This document shows positions 37,088-45,938 of a stretch of DNA of 64,000 nt, in pieces. Location of the stretch: positions 26,172 through 90,171 of the forward strand of contig CAVQQC010000009.1 in assembly GCA_963714895.1 (NCBI GenBank), written 5' to 3'. Position 1 is the first letter of the stretch, and the number at the start of each line of letters is the position of its first letter. The position numbers and the translations under genes were made by a program. Below the pieces are notes generated by a model. It saw only the letters and a list, made by a program, of their open reading frames with translations, was not told the DNA's origin and made no database searches. The DNA is from Candidatus Sulfomarinibacteraceae bacterium (GTDB taxonomy: Bacteria; Acidobacteriota; Thermoanaerobaculia; Thermoanaerobaculales; Sulfomarinibacteraceae).

Positions 37088-37137
37088 TGGAGTGGTGGCG
37101 AGAGGGGTCTCCAACCCTCCTCAGATAGACTGAGTCA

Positions 37138-38157
37138 GTGCTCAAGCTCCTGTTTCTCGCCGACACCCACCTCGGCTTTGACCTGCCCGTCCGACCGCGG
37201 GTCGACCGTCGCCGACGAGGCCCGGATTTCTTCGCCAACACCCGCCTCGCCCTCGAACCCGCCCTCCGCGGTGAGGTCGATCTGGTGGTTCATGGCGGCG
37301 ATCTGCTCTATCGATCGAAAATCCCGGCCGGGTTGGTGGCGGCTGCGTTGGAACCTCTCCTCGAGGTCGCCGACCGCGGCGTCCCGGTGTTTCTGGTCCC
37401 GGGCAACCACGAACGTTCGGCGCTGCCCTATCCGATGTTGGCGAGCCACGCCGATCTTCACGTCTTTGACCGGCCGCGAACCGTTGTCCTGGACGTGAGG
37501 GGAAACCGTGTCGCCGTTTCAGGGTTCCCTTGCGAACGCGACGGCATTCAATCCCGGTTTTCTGACCTGGTCCGTGCCACAGGGTGGCAGGAGCACGACG
37601 CCGATATCCGGCTCCTGTGTCTCCACCAGACCGTGGAAGGCGCGCGGGTTCATCACTACACCTTTCGGGGAGGAGCCGATGTCATTCGTGGCCGCGATAT
37701 CCCGGGAAAGTTCGCGGCGGTTCTGAGCGGTCACATCCACCGCAGCCAGGTGCTCGAACGCGATCTGTCAGGTCGGGTCCTGGCGGCGCCGGTGTTCTAC
37801 CCGGGCTCGGTCGAACGCACAAGTCTTGCGGAACGCCACGAGGCCAAGGGCTTCTTCACGATGACGGTGGCCGCGGAAGGTGGGCGGGGCGGCAGGGTCG
37901 TCGATCGTGTTTTCCACGAGCTTCCCACCCGGCCCATGTGCTCCATCGTGGTCGACCCTACCGGTCTCGATGCGGCCGCGCTGTCCCGATGTCTGGCCGC
38001 CGAACTCTCGACCCTCGCCCCCGACGCGGTGGTCCACATCCGTATCGACGGCGAGCTTGCTCCGGGTGCTGAGGCGGCCCTCAAGGCTGAGCATGTTCGC
38101 AGTCTGTATCAACCATCAATGACCGTCGATCTCCGACTGCAGAGACCGCGGCGGTGA
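37138..38157 (+). CDS. SbcD/Mre11-like metallophosphoesterase (DNA-repair exonuclease family)
   Basis: GTG start. LLFLADTHLG, HGGDLL, GNHE and GHIH motifs. No SbcC-like ATPase gene adjacent. Confidence 0.75.
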   Translation: MLKLLFLADTHLGFDLPVRPRVDRRRRGPDFFANTRLALEPALRGEVDLVVHGGDLLYRSKIPAGLVAAALEPLLEVADRGVPVFLVPGNHERSALPYPMLASHADLHVFDRPRTVVLDVRGNRVAVSGFPCERDGIQSRFSDLVRATGWQEHDADIRLLCLHQTVEGARVHHYTFRGGADVIRGRDIPGKFAAVLSGHIHRSQVLERDLSGRVLAAPVFYPGSVERTSLAERHEAKGFFTMTVAAEGGRGGRVVDRVFHELPTRPMCSIVVDPTGLDAAALSRCLAAELSTLAPDAVVHIRIDGELAPGAEAALKAEHVRSLYQPSMTVDLRLQRPRR

Positions 38158-38172
38158 AAGGCTGGAGCATCA

Positions 38173-39033
38173 GTGGGCCGTTCGCACTTGTTCGAGTTTC
38201 ACGACAGTCCACGGTTTCCCGCCTTGTGGCGGGATCTGCTCACGGATTTTCTGTCGTTTTTCGCTGGTGCTTTCGAGCCCTACGCCGGCGTGGCACTGTT
38301 GCTTGGAGAGGCGATGCAGGAGGTAGGCACGGAGCAGATTGTCGATCTGTGTTCGGGGGCGGGACAGCCGGTGGTGTCGATCGCCCCGGCTCTCCGGGAT
38401 AGTGGGGTGCCCGGGCTCGAGATCGTCCTGACCGACAAGTTCCCCAACGTAGCGGCCTGGGCGGCTCTTCGAAGAGTGGTGGGTGTCTCGGTCTCGTTCA
38501 AGGACGCACCGGTGGATGCGCTCGATGTCCCTGAGGATCTGACGGGGTTCCGAACACTCTTCACCTCGTTCCATCACTTCGCCCCGAAAGAGGCGAAAAA
38601 GGTCCTTGCGGACGCGGTGGAGAAGAACCGAGCCATCGGGATCTTCGAGTACACCGAGCGCAACTGGCGGTTGTGGTCCGCGCCGGTGATGGTGATCCCG
38701 TTGTTGGTCTGGCTCTGTACGCCCTTCATCCGCCCGTTCTCATGGCGGCGGTTGGTCTGGACCTATCTCTTGCCGGTGGTGCCCGCCGTCGCCCTGTGGG
38801 ACGGTTTCGTCTCCTGTCTTCGGAGCTACTCGGTTGAGGAGCTCCACTCTCTTGTCGAGGGGTTGGGCGAAACGGCCTACCGGTGGGAGATCGGACGTCT
38901 GCCGTCAAAGGACTTCAGCCGCGTCACCTACCTGGTTGGCCTACCCCTCCTTGCCGTCGGGACGAGGGGTCATCAGGATGCGGGCGTTGCCGATCACGTA
39001 AAGGGCGAAGGCGGCGGACCACAACCCGGCTGA
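38173..39033 (+). CDS. class I SAM-methyltransferase-like protein with C-terminal hydrophobic segments
   Basis: IVDLCSGAGQP (motif I-like) ... ILTDKFPN. Two hydrophobic helices after residue 170. The last 31 codons overlap the nnrS 3' end, so the 3' end is uncertain. Confidence 0.55.
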   Translation: MGRSHLFEFHDSPRFPALWRDLLTDFLSFFAGAFEPYAGVALLLGEAMQEVGTEQIVDLCSGAGQPVVSIAPALRDSGVPGLEIVLTDKFPNVAAWAALRRVVGVSVSFKDAPVDALDVPEDLTGFRTLFTSFHHFAPKEAKKVLADAVEKNRAIGIFEYTERNWRLWSAPVMVIPLLVWLCTPFIRPFSWRRLVWTYLLPVVPAVALWDGFVSCLRSYSVEELHSLVEGLGETAYRWEIGRLPSKDFSRVTYLVGLPLLAVGTRGHQDAGVADHVKGEGGGPQPG

Positions 39034-40098
39034 CACCTCGAGTACGACCTGTGTGAGGTCGGCGCGGAACCACGGGCCGAAGACCCGCAGCAGGGCAGCC
39101 GCGGTCACGGCGGCGAAGGCGAGGGTCATCATGGGTCCTGCCACGATGACTCTCCCGGTGTGCCCCAGCGTTACCCGCGCCATCATGCCCAGAGTCAGCG
39201 TACCGATCGCGCCGGCCGTCAGAGCGTGGGTGGCGACGCTTGGCGGCACCGGCAGGCCGGCGGCGGCCGCAGCCTTGAGGGCGAGACCGAGCCAGATCCA
39301 CGCGTGACCCAGATGCAATACCCACAGGATCGGTTGGCGGAGGGTCTTGAATGCTCCCCAGTGCAGCGACCGGATGAGGACCAGGAGCGCCGCGATTCCG
39401 GCGACGACGGCCATCAAAAACCCGGCCGGCGCGACCAGTTCGGCAAAGGCCACTGCCAGCACACTGACGATGGCGGCGGTGTTGATCGTCGCATTCGAGC
39501 GGATGCTCTCGTCGTTGAGTGCGTTCTTGGTGAACAGCGGCACGATACGGCCGGTGACGACGACCAGGATGACGACGATCAGGTCGACCGCGACCAGGTC
39601 GGTGCGCAGGTGCGATTCCGGCAGCAGGCCGGAGGTCCGCATGTGAAGGAAGACGTCGCACAACCACAGGGCCGGCAACAGGGCGAGGAGGAGGAAATTG
39701 CGTTTGCTCTTGGCGAGGATGATCGGGAGACCTACCGCCGCGGCGAGGGCGGGAATGAACACGAGATCGGCCATGCCGGCGATCGTGGCGACAGGGCCGC
39801 CGAGACCGACCAACCGCCCGGTCGTCCACAGACCGACCAGGGACACCAGAAACCAGCCCCGTGCGGTGGGCCGGCTGGTCCAGTTCTCGACCGCCGTCAG
39901 GAGGAAGCCGGCGATGATCGCCATCGCAAAGCCGAAGATCATCTCGTGGCTGTGCCAGGACACGCTCTCGAGCCCGGGTTCTCCCGTCATCGGCTGCTGA
40001 TAGGTCAAGGCCCACCACGGCACCGCGAACGCCGCCCACAATCCGCCGAGGAGAAAAAACGGCCGAAAGCCTTTCTGAAACACAACCGCTGTTGCCAT
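38941..40098 (-). CDS. nnrS: NnrS-family haem/copper membrane protein
   Basis: FQKGFRPFFLLGGLWA...WHSHEMIFGF signature. 12 TM helices. ATG 40098 is 8 nt after GGAGG; the listed ORF starts at GTG 40113. Confidence 0.85.
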   Translation of the reverse strand: MATAVVFQKGFRPFFLLGGLWAAFAVPWWALTYQQPMTGEPGLESVSWHSHEMIFGFAMAIIAGFLLTAVENWTSRPTARGWFLVSLVGLWTTGRLVGLGGPVATIAGMADLVFIPALAAAVGLPIILAKSKRNFLLLALLPALWLCDVFLHMRTSGLLPESHLRTDLVAVDLIVVILVVVTGRIVPLFTKNALNDESIRSNATINTAAIVSVLAVAFAELVAPAGFLMAVVAGIAALLVLIRSLHWGAFKTLRQPILWVLHLGHAWIWLGLALKAAAAAGLPVPPSVATHALTAGAIGTLTLGMMARVTLGHTGRVIVAGPMMTLAFAAVTAAALLRVFGPWFRADLTQVVLEVSAGLWSAAFALYVIGNARILMTPRPDGKEG

Positions 40099-40121
40099 GC
40101 GCTCTGCCTCCACCCTGTAGA

Positions 40122-41069
40122 ATGACCGACGTGATCATAACGGATCCTGAAAACCAGCCGATCGCAGGAGAGTGCCCCAACTGCTCCGCGGAACTGAGCG
40201 GGCCCTATTGTCCGAACTGCGGCCAGCACCAGGTCGACCTCGACCGGCCACTGCGAGAGCTCGGCGCCGAGGCTATGGAGGCCTTCTTCTCGTTCGACAC
40301 GCGGATCCTGCGCACGCTGTGGCCCCTGATCTCCCGCCCCGGGTTTCTGACCGTCGAGTTCATGGCGGGGCGGAGAAAGCGCTACGTCCACCCGTTCAAG
40401 CTGTATTTCGCGATCTGCGTGGCCCTCTTCATCGGGTTGGCCGCCTCCGGCTACTCGGTGATTGTCATCAGCGATTCCGGCGAAACCGTGGTCGCGATCG
40501 ACGAGGGAAACGACGCTGTCCCGCCTGTTGATGCCGGCGACAGTGTTGACCAGGACACCGAGTCTCCCGGGGACGAGGCCGCTGACGGTGCGGCAAACCT
40601 CACCATCGCCGAATCAGACGACGACTCATTCCTTTCCAGACTGTTTGAACCACTGATGAAACTGGCGGAGAACGACCCCAAACGTCTCGATCGGTTGTTT
40701 TCGGATCGGCTTGCAAATTCGATCGTCATCCTGGTTCCGGTCTTCGCCGCGCTCCTCCGATTGCTGTACTGGCGCCGCAGTTACATCACCGAGTTGGTCT
40801 TTTCGCTCCACCTCCACAGCTTCGCCTTCCTCGCTCTCCTCGCGGGGCTCTCCGTCGATCTCGTCACGGGCGCTTCGGAGAGAAGCGACCCCGGCAATAC
40901 CGTGGCAGTGGTCGCCATCGCGGTCTACACATTTCTCGCGCTGCGCAGGGTTCAGGGACAGGGCAGACTGGTGACGGTTGCCAAGATGGTCGTGTTGTTG
41001 ATCGGCTATCTCGTGGCCCTGATCGTGACCATGATCCTGACCCTCGCCGTGACCGCGCTCACCGTGTGA
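40122..41069 (+). CDS. DUF3667-like membrane protein with N-terminal zinc ribbon
   Basis: First ATG at 40122. CPNCSAELSGPYCPNCGQ, then RPGFLTVEFMAGRRKRYVHPFKLYF and C-terminal TM helices. Confidence 0.7.
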   Translation: MTDVIITDPENQPIAGECPNCSAELSGPYCPNCGQHQVDLDRPLRELGAEAMEAFFSFDTRILRTLWPLISRPGFLTVEFMAGRRKRYVHPFKLYFAICVALFIGLAASGYSVIVISDSGETVVAIDEGNDAVPPVDAGDSVDQDTESPGDEAADGAANLTIAESDDDSFLSRLFEPLMKLAENDPKRLDRLFSDRLANSIVILVPVFAALLRLLYWRRSYITELVFSLHLHSFAFLALLAGLSVDLVTGASERSDPGNTVAVVAIAVYTFLALRRVQGQGRLVTVAKMVVLLIGYLVALIVTMILTLAVTALTV

Positions 41070-42171
41070 CCGCCTCGGTGCGGACGCAGCGGATACCGTC
41101 TCCGCGTCCGGCCGGCGCGAAGCAACCCAGACACGAGACACAGCCCGCCCTGGTACGGTCGCCGCCGCGCCACCGGTTGGGCAGCCCCGGCTCCCGGATC
41201 AGCGGCCGCGACATCGAAGCGTAGTCGGCGATACCACCTGCGATCACCTTTTCGATGACCTCGATCGATCTCAGTCCACCGACCAGCATCAGTGGTACGC
41301 CGGGCGCCGCTCTCCGGATGGCCTCGGCCTGGGGCCGGAAGTAGGCCTCGTCGGCTGGCTCCCGGATCTCGGGGCGGGCGGCGCCGAGCTTGCCGGAGCC
41401 GGGCGTTCCTCCCGAGACCTCGATCGCGTTGATGCCCTCTGCGGCCAGGGTCGCAGCAAGGGCCGAGGCGTCTTCCTCGGTGGTGGAGCCCTCCAGAAAA
41501 TCGTTGGCGTTGAGCTTGATCATGACCGGAAAGGCGCTGCCCACCGCCTGCCGTACCGCCCGGTAGACCTCGAGACCGAGACGGGCGCGGTTTTCGAGAC
41601 TCCCGCCGTAGCGGTCCGTGCGCCGGTTGCGCAGAGGCGACAGGAACTGGGCGAGGAGGTACCCGTGGGCGCCGTGCAGTTGAACGCCGTCGAAGCCTGC
41701 GACCTGGACGCGACGAGCCGCTTCGGCGAAGTCGGTGGTGACCGTGCGGATGTCATCCTCGGTCATCTCGCCAGGAATGACGGGGTAACCGGGACTCTCG
41801 ACGGCCGACGGCGCGATCGGCAGCAGATTGCCGTTCTGCCGGCGATCGGACTGGCCGCCGCAGTGGACGATCTGTGCGACGATCTTGCCGCCGTGGGTGT
41901 GGACCGCGTCAGCCAGCGACCGCAGCCCTGTAACCAACTCGTCGCGGTCGACTGCGATCTGGCCGAACGACTGTTGACCGATCTTCTGCACATACATGTA
42001 GCTCGAAATGATCAGACCGACACCGCCGTCCGCCAGATCTTCGTGGATCCGCAACAGCTCCGGTGTGATGCCACCCGCTGAGTCTGCGAGGCCCTCCCAG
42101 GTGGCGGATCTCACGAGCCGGTTCTCGAGCTCGATTCCCGCGAGCACGGTGTGTTCAAAGATCTCAGCCAT
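41059..42171 (-). CDS. Old-Yellow-Enzyme-family NADH:flavin oxidoreductase (2,4-dienoyl-CoA-reductase N-domain type)
   Basis: ATG 42171 (MAEIFEH...) within ORF 41059..42864. HGAHGYLLAQFLSPLRNRRTDRYGGS. C-terminal Cys cluster CVSCLGC...C. Confidence 0.85.
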   Translation of the reverse strand: MAEIFEHTVLAGIELENRLVRSATWEGLADSAGGITPELLRIHEDLADGGVGLIISSYMYVQKIGQQSFGQIAVDRDELVTGLRSLADAVHTHGGKIVAQIVHCGGQSDRRQNGNLLPIAPSAVESPGYPVIPGEMTEDDIRTVTTDFAEAARRVQVAGFDGVQLHGAHGYLLAQFLSPLRNRRTDRYGGSLENRARLGLEVYRAVRQAVGSAFPVMIKLNANDFLEGSTTEEDASALAATLAAEGINAIEVSGGTPGSGKLGAARPEIREPADEAYFRPQAEAIRRAAPGVPLMLVGGLRSIEVIEKVIAGGIADYASMSRPLIREPGLPNRWRGGDRTRAGCVSCLGCFAPAGRGDGIRCVRTEAVTR

Positions 42172-42335
42172 GCCTTGATGCCCCTCCCCTGCGGAACTCA
42201 GTGTGTGGCACCATAGCTGACTCTTCAGAATATTTCCCGATTCAAGTGGCGGTCGATGCCCGCGGCCTGGCGAGGACTTCGCCGGCCGGGTCGGGGCCCC
42301 TCCCAACAGCGCGAATCGGGTCCGGAGTTCCGGTT

Positions 42336-43142
42336 CTACTCCGCGAGACCAGCCGCCGCGCCGTCGACGAACACCACGATGGTCGTGTCGGCCAGCGCGC
42401 CGGGCGCGTCGGGCGCAGCGACGGCCCACCCGAGAACGGTCTTTGCCGTGGTGTCGAAATAGGCGCCGTCGGTGGTCGAGACCTGAACGGCAACCCGTCC
42501 CGCAGCCTCGTCGAGTACGAAGGGCATGAAGAGGTAGGTCCGCCGGCTGTCCTGATACCGGCCGGCCTGGGTCGAGCCCTCCTTGCCGCTCATCTCCAAG
42601 GGCCGGTAGCCGTCGCGTTCCACCCGGAAGGCCACGTCGCGGTTGGAGATCCGGAAGTCCGGCCGCCGCTGACGCTCTTCGGCGGGCAGCTGGAGGTAGA
42701 TCTCCTCGACCACCCACCTGGCATAGGTGACGAGGTCGCCCTCCGACGACCAGTTTTTGCGGTCGAAGGCCACGCACCCGAACCCGCTGGCTGCGAGGAA
42801 CGGGTAACGCGCCCCCCACAGCGGCGATTGTCCGACGTTGGAGCCCGCGCGGTCGAGTTTCCACGCCCTGCCGCCGGGGAGGTTCACTACCAGCTCTCCT
42901 CCGCGCGCATCACCAATGACGTGACCGCCGGGAAAAGGAGCGCCCGACAACAGCAGCATGCCCCGCGAGGGATCGAGCAAGACCACGAACGCTCCCGCCA
43001 CCGAGGGGCATTGGGAGGCGGCGTCGGCGACGACGATTTCGGGCCGAAGCGTGTCCTGCGCCGAGACCGGACGCGGCGCGGAAGCAGCCAATGAAATCAT
43101 GCAGAGGGCGACGGCGAGTCGTATCGGGTTTTCTGTCTTCAT
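42336..43142 (-). CDS. hypothetical secreted protein
   Basis: ATG 43142 with a signal peptide ...RPVSAQD. 268 aa. No family recognised. Confidence 0.55.
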   Translation of the reverse strand: MKTENPIRLAVALCMISLAASAPRPVSAQDTLRPEIVVADAASQCPSVAGAFVVLLDPSRGMLLLSGAPFPGGHVIGDARGGELVVNLPGGRAWKLDRAGSNVGQSPLWGARYPFLAASGFGCVAFDRKNWSSEGDLVTYARWVVEEIYLQLPAEERQRRPDFRISNRDVAFRVERDGYRPLEMSGKEGSTQAGRYQDSRRTYLFMPFVLDEAAGRVAVQVSTTDGAYFDTTAKTVLGWAVAAPDAPGALADTTIVVFVDGAAAGLAE

Positions 43143-43262
43143 ATCGGGCAGGCTACCCGAGATCACGAAGCCGGAATGTGGTGTGGATCACCGTCGGGAC
43201 CGGACAGCCTGTCGATTCGCTGGAGTAGCATGGCCGGGGAGCGAGGGGAGGGGAGGAAGTTC

Positions 43263-44111
43263 ATGCGGGTGACTTCTTTGATTGAGAACAGCCGGCTCGA
43301 AACCGCCGAAGGGCTGGTGCCGGAGTTCGGGCTGTCGATGCTCGTCGAGCACGGCGGTTCGACGGTGCTCTTCGACATGGGTTCGTCATCGGCGTTCGCC
43401 GACAACGCCGACCGGCTCGAGCTCGATATTTCGAGGGTCGATGCGGCGGTCATCTCCCACCAGCACTTCGACCACGGAGGCGGGCTCGCGCGCTTCCTGA
43501 CTGCGAACACACGCGCCAAGATCTACCTCCGCGATGCACCACTCGTGGACCGGCGCTTCAAGGCCCTCGCGGTGATCGATCGACCTATAGGTCTCGATCT
43601 CGAAATCGTCGAGCGCCACCGGGACCGGTTCGAGTTCGTGAGCGACACGGCTGAAATCGCACCCGGCGTGTTTCTTCTGACTGCGATCGGTTCGGCCCAC
43701 CAGCGGCCCCGTGGCAACCGCAAGCTTTTCGTGCGGCGGGACACCGGCTTTGTTCGCGACCCCTTCGACCACGAACTCATGATGGTGGTGCGCGAGGACA
43801 ACGGGATGGCGGTCTTCACCGGGTGTTCGCACAGTGGGGTCCTTAACCTGATCGATGCCGCGATCGAGGCGTTTCCCAAGACTCCGATCAAGGCTGTGTT
43901 CGGGGGCTTCCACCTGATCGGTTTGCCCTTCTACGACTCCATGGCAGCCAGCCGGCGAGAGGTGGAGGCGCTCGGCCGCGAGATCCTCGAGCGGGTGTCG
44001 GGGCCGGTCTTCACCGGTCACTGCACCGGCAAGAAGGCGTTTCCCATCCTCGCGGGCGTGATGGGCGAACGCCTGAAGGAATTCCCGACCGGGGCGCGAA
44101 CCGAGGTCTGA
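43263..44111 (+). CDS. MBL-fold metallo-hydrolase
   Basis: ATG 43263 after GGGGAGG. HQHFDHGGG (HxHxDH) motif. Confidence 0.85.
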   Translation: MRVTSLIENSRLETAEGLVPEFGLSMLVEHGGSTVLFDMGSSSAFADNADRLELDISRVDAAVISHQHFDHGGGLARFLTANTRAKIYLRDAPLVDRRFKALAVIDRPIGLDLEIVERHRDRFEFVSDTAEIAPGVFLLTAIGSAHQRPRGNRKLFVRRDTGFVRDPFDHELMMVVREDNGMAVFTGCSHSGVLNLIDAAIEAFPKTPIKAVFGGFHLIGLPFYDSMAASRREVEALGREILERVSGPVFTGHCTGKKAFPILAGVMGERLKEFPTGARTEV

Positions 44112-44204
44112 CCTTCGTTCAGCCCCGTTCGCCGAGTGAAAGAACGATCGACAGCTGGACTTCCAGAAAGAGGTGGGAAAGGAAAAGATGGACAGTGAGA
44201 AAGC

Positions 44205-44220
44205 GTAAGTATATACTTAC
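44205..44220. promoter_or_regulatory. perfect 16-bp palindrome, candidate ArsR/SmtB operator
   Basis: GTAAGTATATACTTAC ends 5 nt before the GTG start of the ArsR-family gene. Confidence 0.5.
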
Positions 44221-44225
44221 CTTTA

Positions 44226-44549
44226 GTGAAACCCCGCGAAGATCTTTTTCGAGCGTTGGCCGATCCGACCCGGAGAACAGTCTTCGAGAGCTTGCGCGAA
44301 GGACCGCAGTCGGTAGGGGAGTTGGCTCGAGGCTTGCCGGTGAGCCGGCCGGCCGTGTCGCAGCATCTCAAGGCCCTCAAGGCAGCTGGTCTGGTTCGGG
44401 AGACATCGAAGGGAACGCGGCACTATTACGAGATTGACCCAGGCGGTCTGGAGCCGCTTCGTCACTACCTGGAAGAGTTCTGGGGAGAGGCCCTGAAGGC
44501 CTTTTCCCTCCGTCTTGAGCAACCGATCGGAGGAACCGATGAAAACTGA
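44226..44549 (+). CDS. ArsR/SmtB-family transcriptional regulator
   Basis: LFRALADPTRRTVFESLREGPQSVGELARGLPVSRPAVSQHLKALKAAGLV is a winged HTH. Confidence 0.9.
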   Translation: MKPREDLFRALADPTRRTVFESLREGPQSVGELARGLPVSRPAVSQHLKALKAAGLVRETSKGTRHYYEIDPGGLEPLRHYLEEFWGEALKAFSLRLEQPIGGTDEN

Positions 44550-45000
44550 AACCACCATCGAGCCGGTTCGCAGGTCCATCGAAGTGCAATGCGGCCCGGC
44601 CGACGCTTTCCGCTTGTTCACCGATGAGATCAACAGCTGGTGGCCGCTCGCAACCCACTCGGTCGGGCAGTCGGAGGCCAGTTCCTGTCATTTCGAGGGC
44701 CGCGACGGCGGCAGGATTTACGAGATCCACAAAGACGGGACGACGCACGAATGGGGCACGATCACTGCCTGGGAGCCCTCGGCACGGGTGGTCTTTTCGT
44801 GGCACCCGGGGCGCGACGCCACCACCGCACAGGAGATCGAGCTACGGTTCATCGGCACCAAGAAAGGGACCCGCGTCGAGCTCGAACACCGGGGGTGGGA
44901 GCTTCTCGGGGACCTCGCGGAAGAGACCCGGGCGGACTACGAAACCGGGTGGGTTTCGGTGCTCGACACCTACATCGAAAGGTGTTCGGTATCCGCGTGA
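44539..45000 (+). CDS. SRPBCC (Aha1/START-like) family protein
   Basis: ATG 44539 after GGAGG, overlapping the arsR-like stop by 11 nt. ADAFRLFTDEINSWWP pattern. Confidence 0.75.
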   Translation: MKTETTIEPVRRSIEVQCGPADAFRLFTDEINSWWPLATHSVGQSEASSCHFEGRDGGRIYEIHKDGTTHEWGTITAWEPSARVVFSWHPGRDATTAQEIELRFIGTKKGTRVELEHRGWELLGDLAEETRADYETGWVSVLDTYIERCSVSA

Positions 45001-45031
45001 GGTCATTCGTCGGACCCGAAAATCGAGTGGC

Positions 45032-45063
45032 CTGATAGGGTGGGCTTCAGCCCACCATCAGAG
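45032..45063. repeat. REP family 1, solo hairpin
   Basis: ctgat-a-GGGTGGGC-ttca-GCCCACC-atcag, between convergent genes. Confidence 0.75.
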
Positions 45064-45082
45064 TCGTCGCTGCCATTGGGGT

Positions 45083-45400
45083 CTATCGGAAGAAAAGGAC
45101 CATGACGCCGAACAGTGCGGCACCTCCGACACCCAGAATTCCGACCGAGATCACCGTGGCGAGTGTGATGACCCGGTTGGCGATCTGGCGTTTGGCTTCC
45201 TGATAGGCGAGGTTCTGGGCATCGGGGTTGACCGGCGGCGGTGGCGGCGCGGTCAGCCGCATGCGGCCCTCCTCCGCCAACCGCGCGAGGTCCGGGTCGT
45301 CGGCGAGGTGCTGTTCGACCAGGATCCGGGAGTCCGGGCTGGCCTCGTCCGAGTAGTACAGGGGCAGGAGATCGAGGATGACGTCTTTGGTCACATTCAT
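45083..45400 (-). CDS. putative membrane-anchored anti-sigma factor
   Basis: 4-nt overlap with the ECF sigma gene. N-terminal VILDLLPLYYSDEASPDSRILVEQHLADDP resembles anti-sigma domains but has no Cys/His zinc site. Single C-terminal TM helix. Confidence 0.55.
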   Translation of the reverse strand: MNVTKDVILDLLPLYYSDEASPDSRILVEQHLADDPDLARLAEEGRMRLTAPPPPPVNPDAQNLAYQEAKRQIANRVITLATVISVGILGVGGAALFGVMVLFFR

Positions 45401-45888
45401 GACTTTCCTCCAGTCGGTGTGATCGTGTCGGCAAGCAACCGACGACGGGTGCGGTGGACCTTGACCCGGGCCGCCCCCTCCGAGATCTCGAGAACGCGCG
45501 CAATCTCGGCGTAGGACAACTGGTATTCAGATCTCAGGATCAGGGCGGTTCGGTCGGGCTCGGGCAGTGTTGCCAAGGCCCTGGCAACACGGTCGAGTTC
45601 GTGACGGGACGACGTCCGCTGCAGCGGATCGGGGGCGCCGTCCGGCAGATCCAACGAGAGTTCTTCGTGGTTGCCGGACCGTCGTCGATGGTGGAGAAAG
45701 AGGTTGCGGGCGATCGCCAGCAGATAGGCCTTGAGGGTCTCGGTGCGGAGCCGTTCGTGCCGGGCCCAGGCGCGGACAAAGGTCTCGGAGGTCAGGTCGT
45801 CGGCGAGGCTGGGGTTGCGGCCGAGCCACAGGGTGAATCGGTAGACATCCTGGAAGTAGGTCTGGTAGATGTGGTCGAAGGTCAGCAT
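45397..45888 (-). CDS. ECF-type RNA polymerase sigma-70 factor
   Basis: Region 2 (DLTSETFVRAW...AYLLAIARN) and region 4 (LSYAEIARVLEISEGAARVKVHRTRRRL). Confidence 0.9.
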   Translation of the reverse strand: MLTFDHIYQTYFQDVYRFTLWLGRNPSLADDLTSETFVRAWARHERLRTETLKAYLLAIARNLFLHHRRRSGNHEELSLDLPDGAPDPLQRTSSRHELDRVARALATLPEPDRTALILRSEYQLSYAEIARVLEISEGAARVKVHRTRRRLLADTITPTGGKS

Positions 45889-45938
45889 GGATCGCTCCCG
45901 GTGAGAGTACCGTCCCGGGATCGATTCGTTACAGCGAC

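Noticed and set aside
38924-40180. Alternative 418-aa ORF overlapping nnrS in another frame
   Set aside because: The 38941..40113 frame gives the NnrS signature and 12 hydrophobic helices. The alternative frame is Arg/Gly/Pro-rich.
41059-42864. 601-aa version of the OYE-family ORF, plus the N-terminal extensions of ORFs 4990, 17494, 21283, 34229, 43176 and 47183
   Set aside because: - The extensions are low-complexity.
- They lack an RBS.
- They precede internal ATG/GTG codons that have Shine-Dalgarno sequences, and the family-typical N-termini or signal peptides begin at those internal starts.
45889-45938. ECF-type autoregulatory promoter (GTAACG ... CGGTAC on the minus strand) upstream of the sigma-factor gene
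   Set aside because: The spacing is about 15 nt, and the -35 element deviates from GGAAC. The match is too loose to report as a feature.
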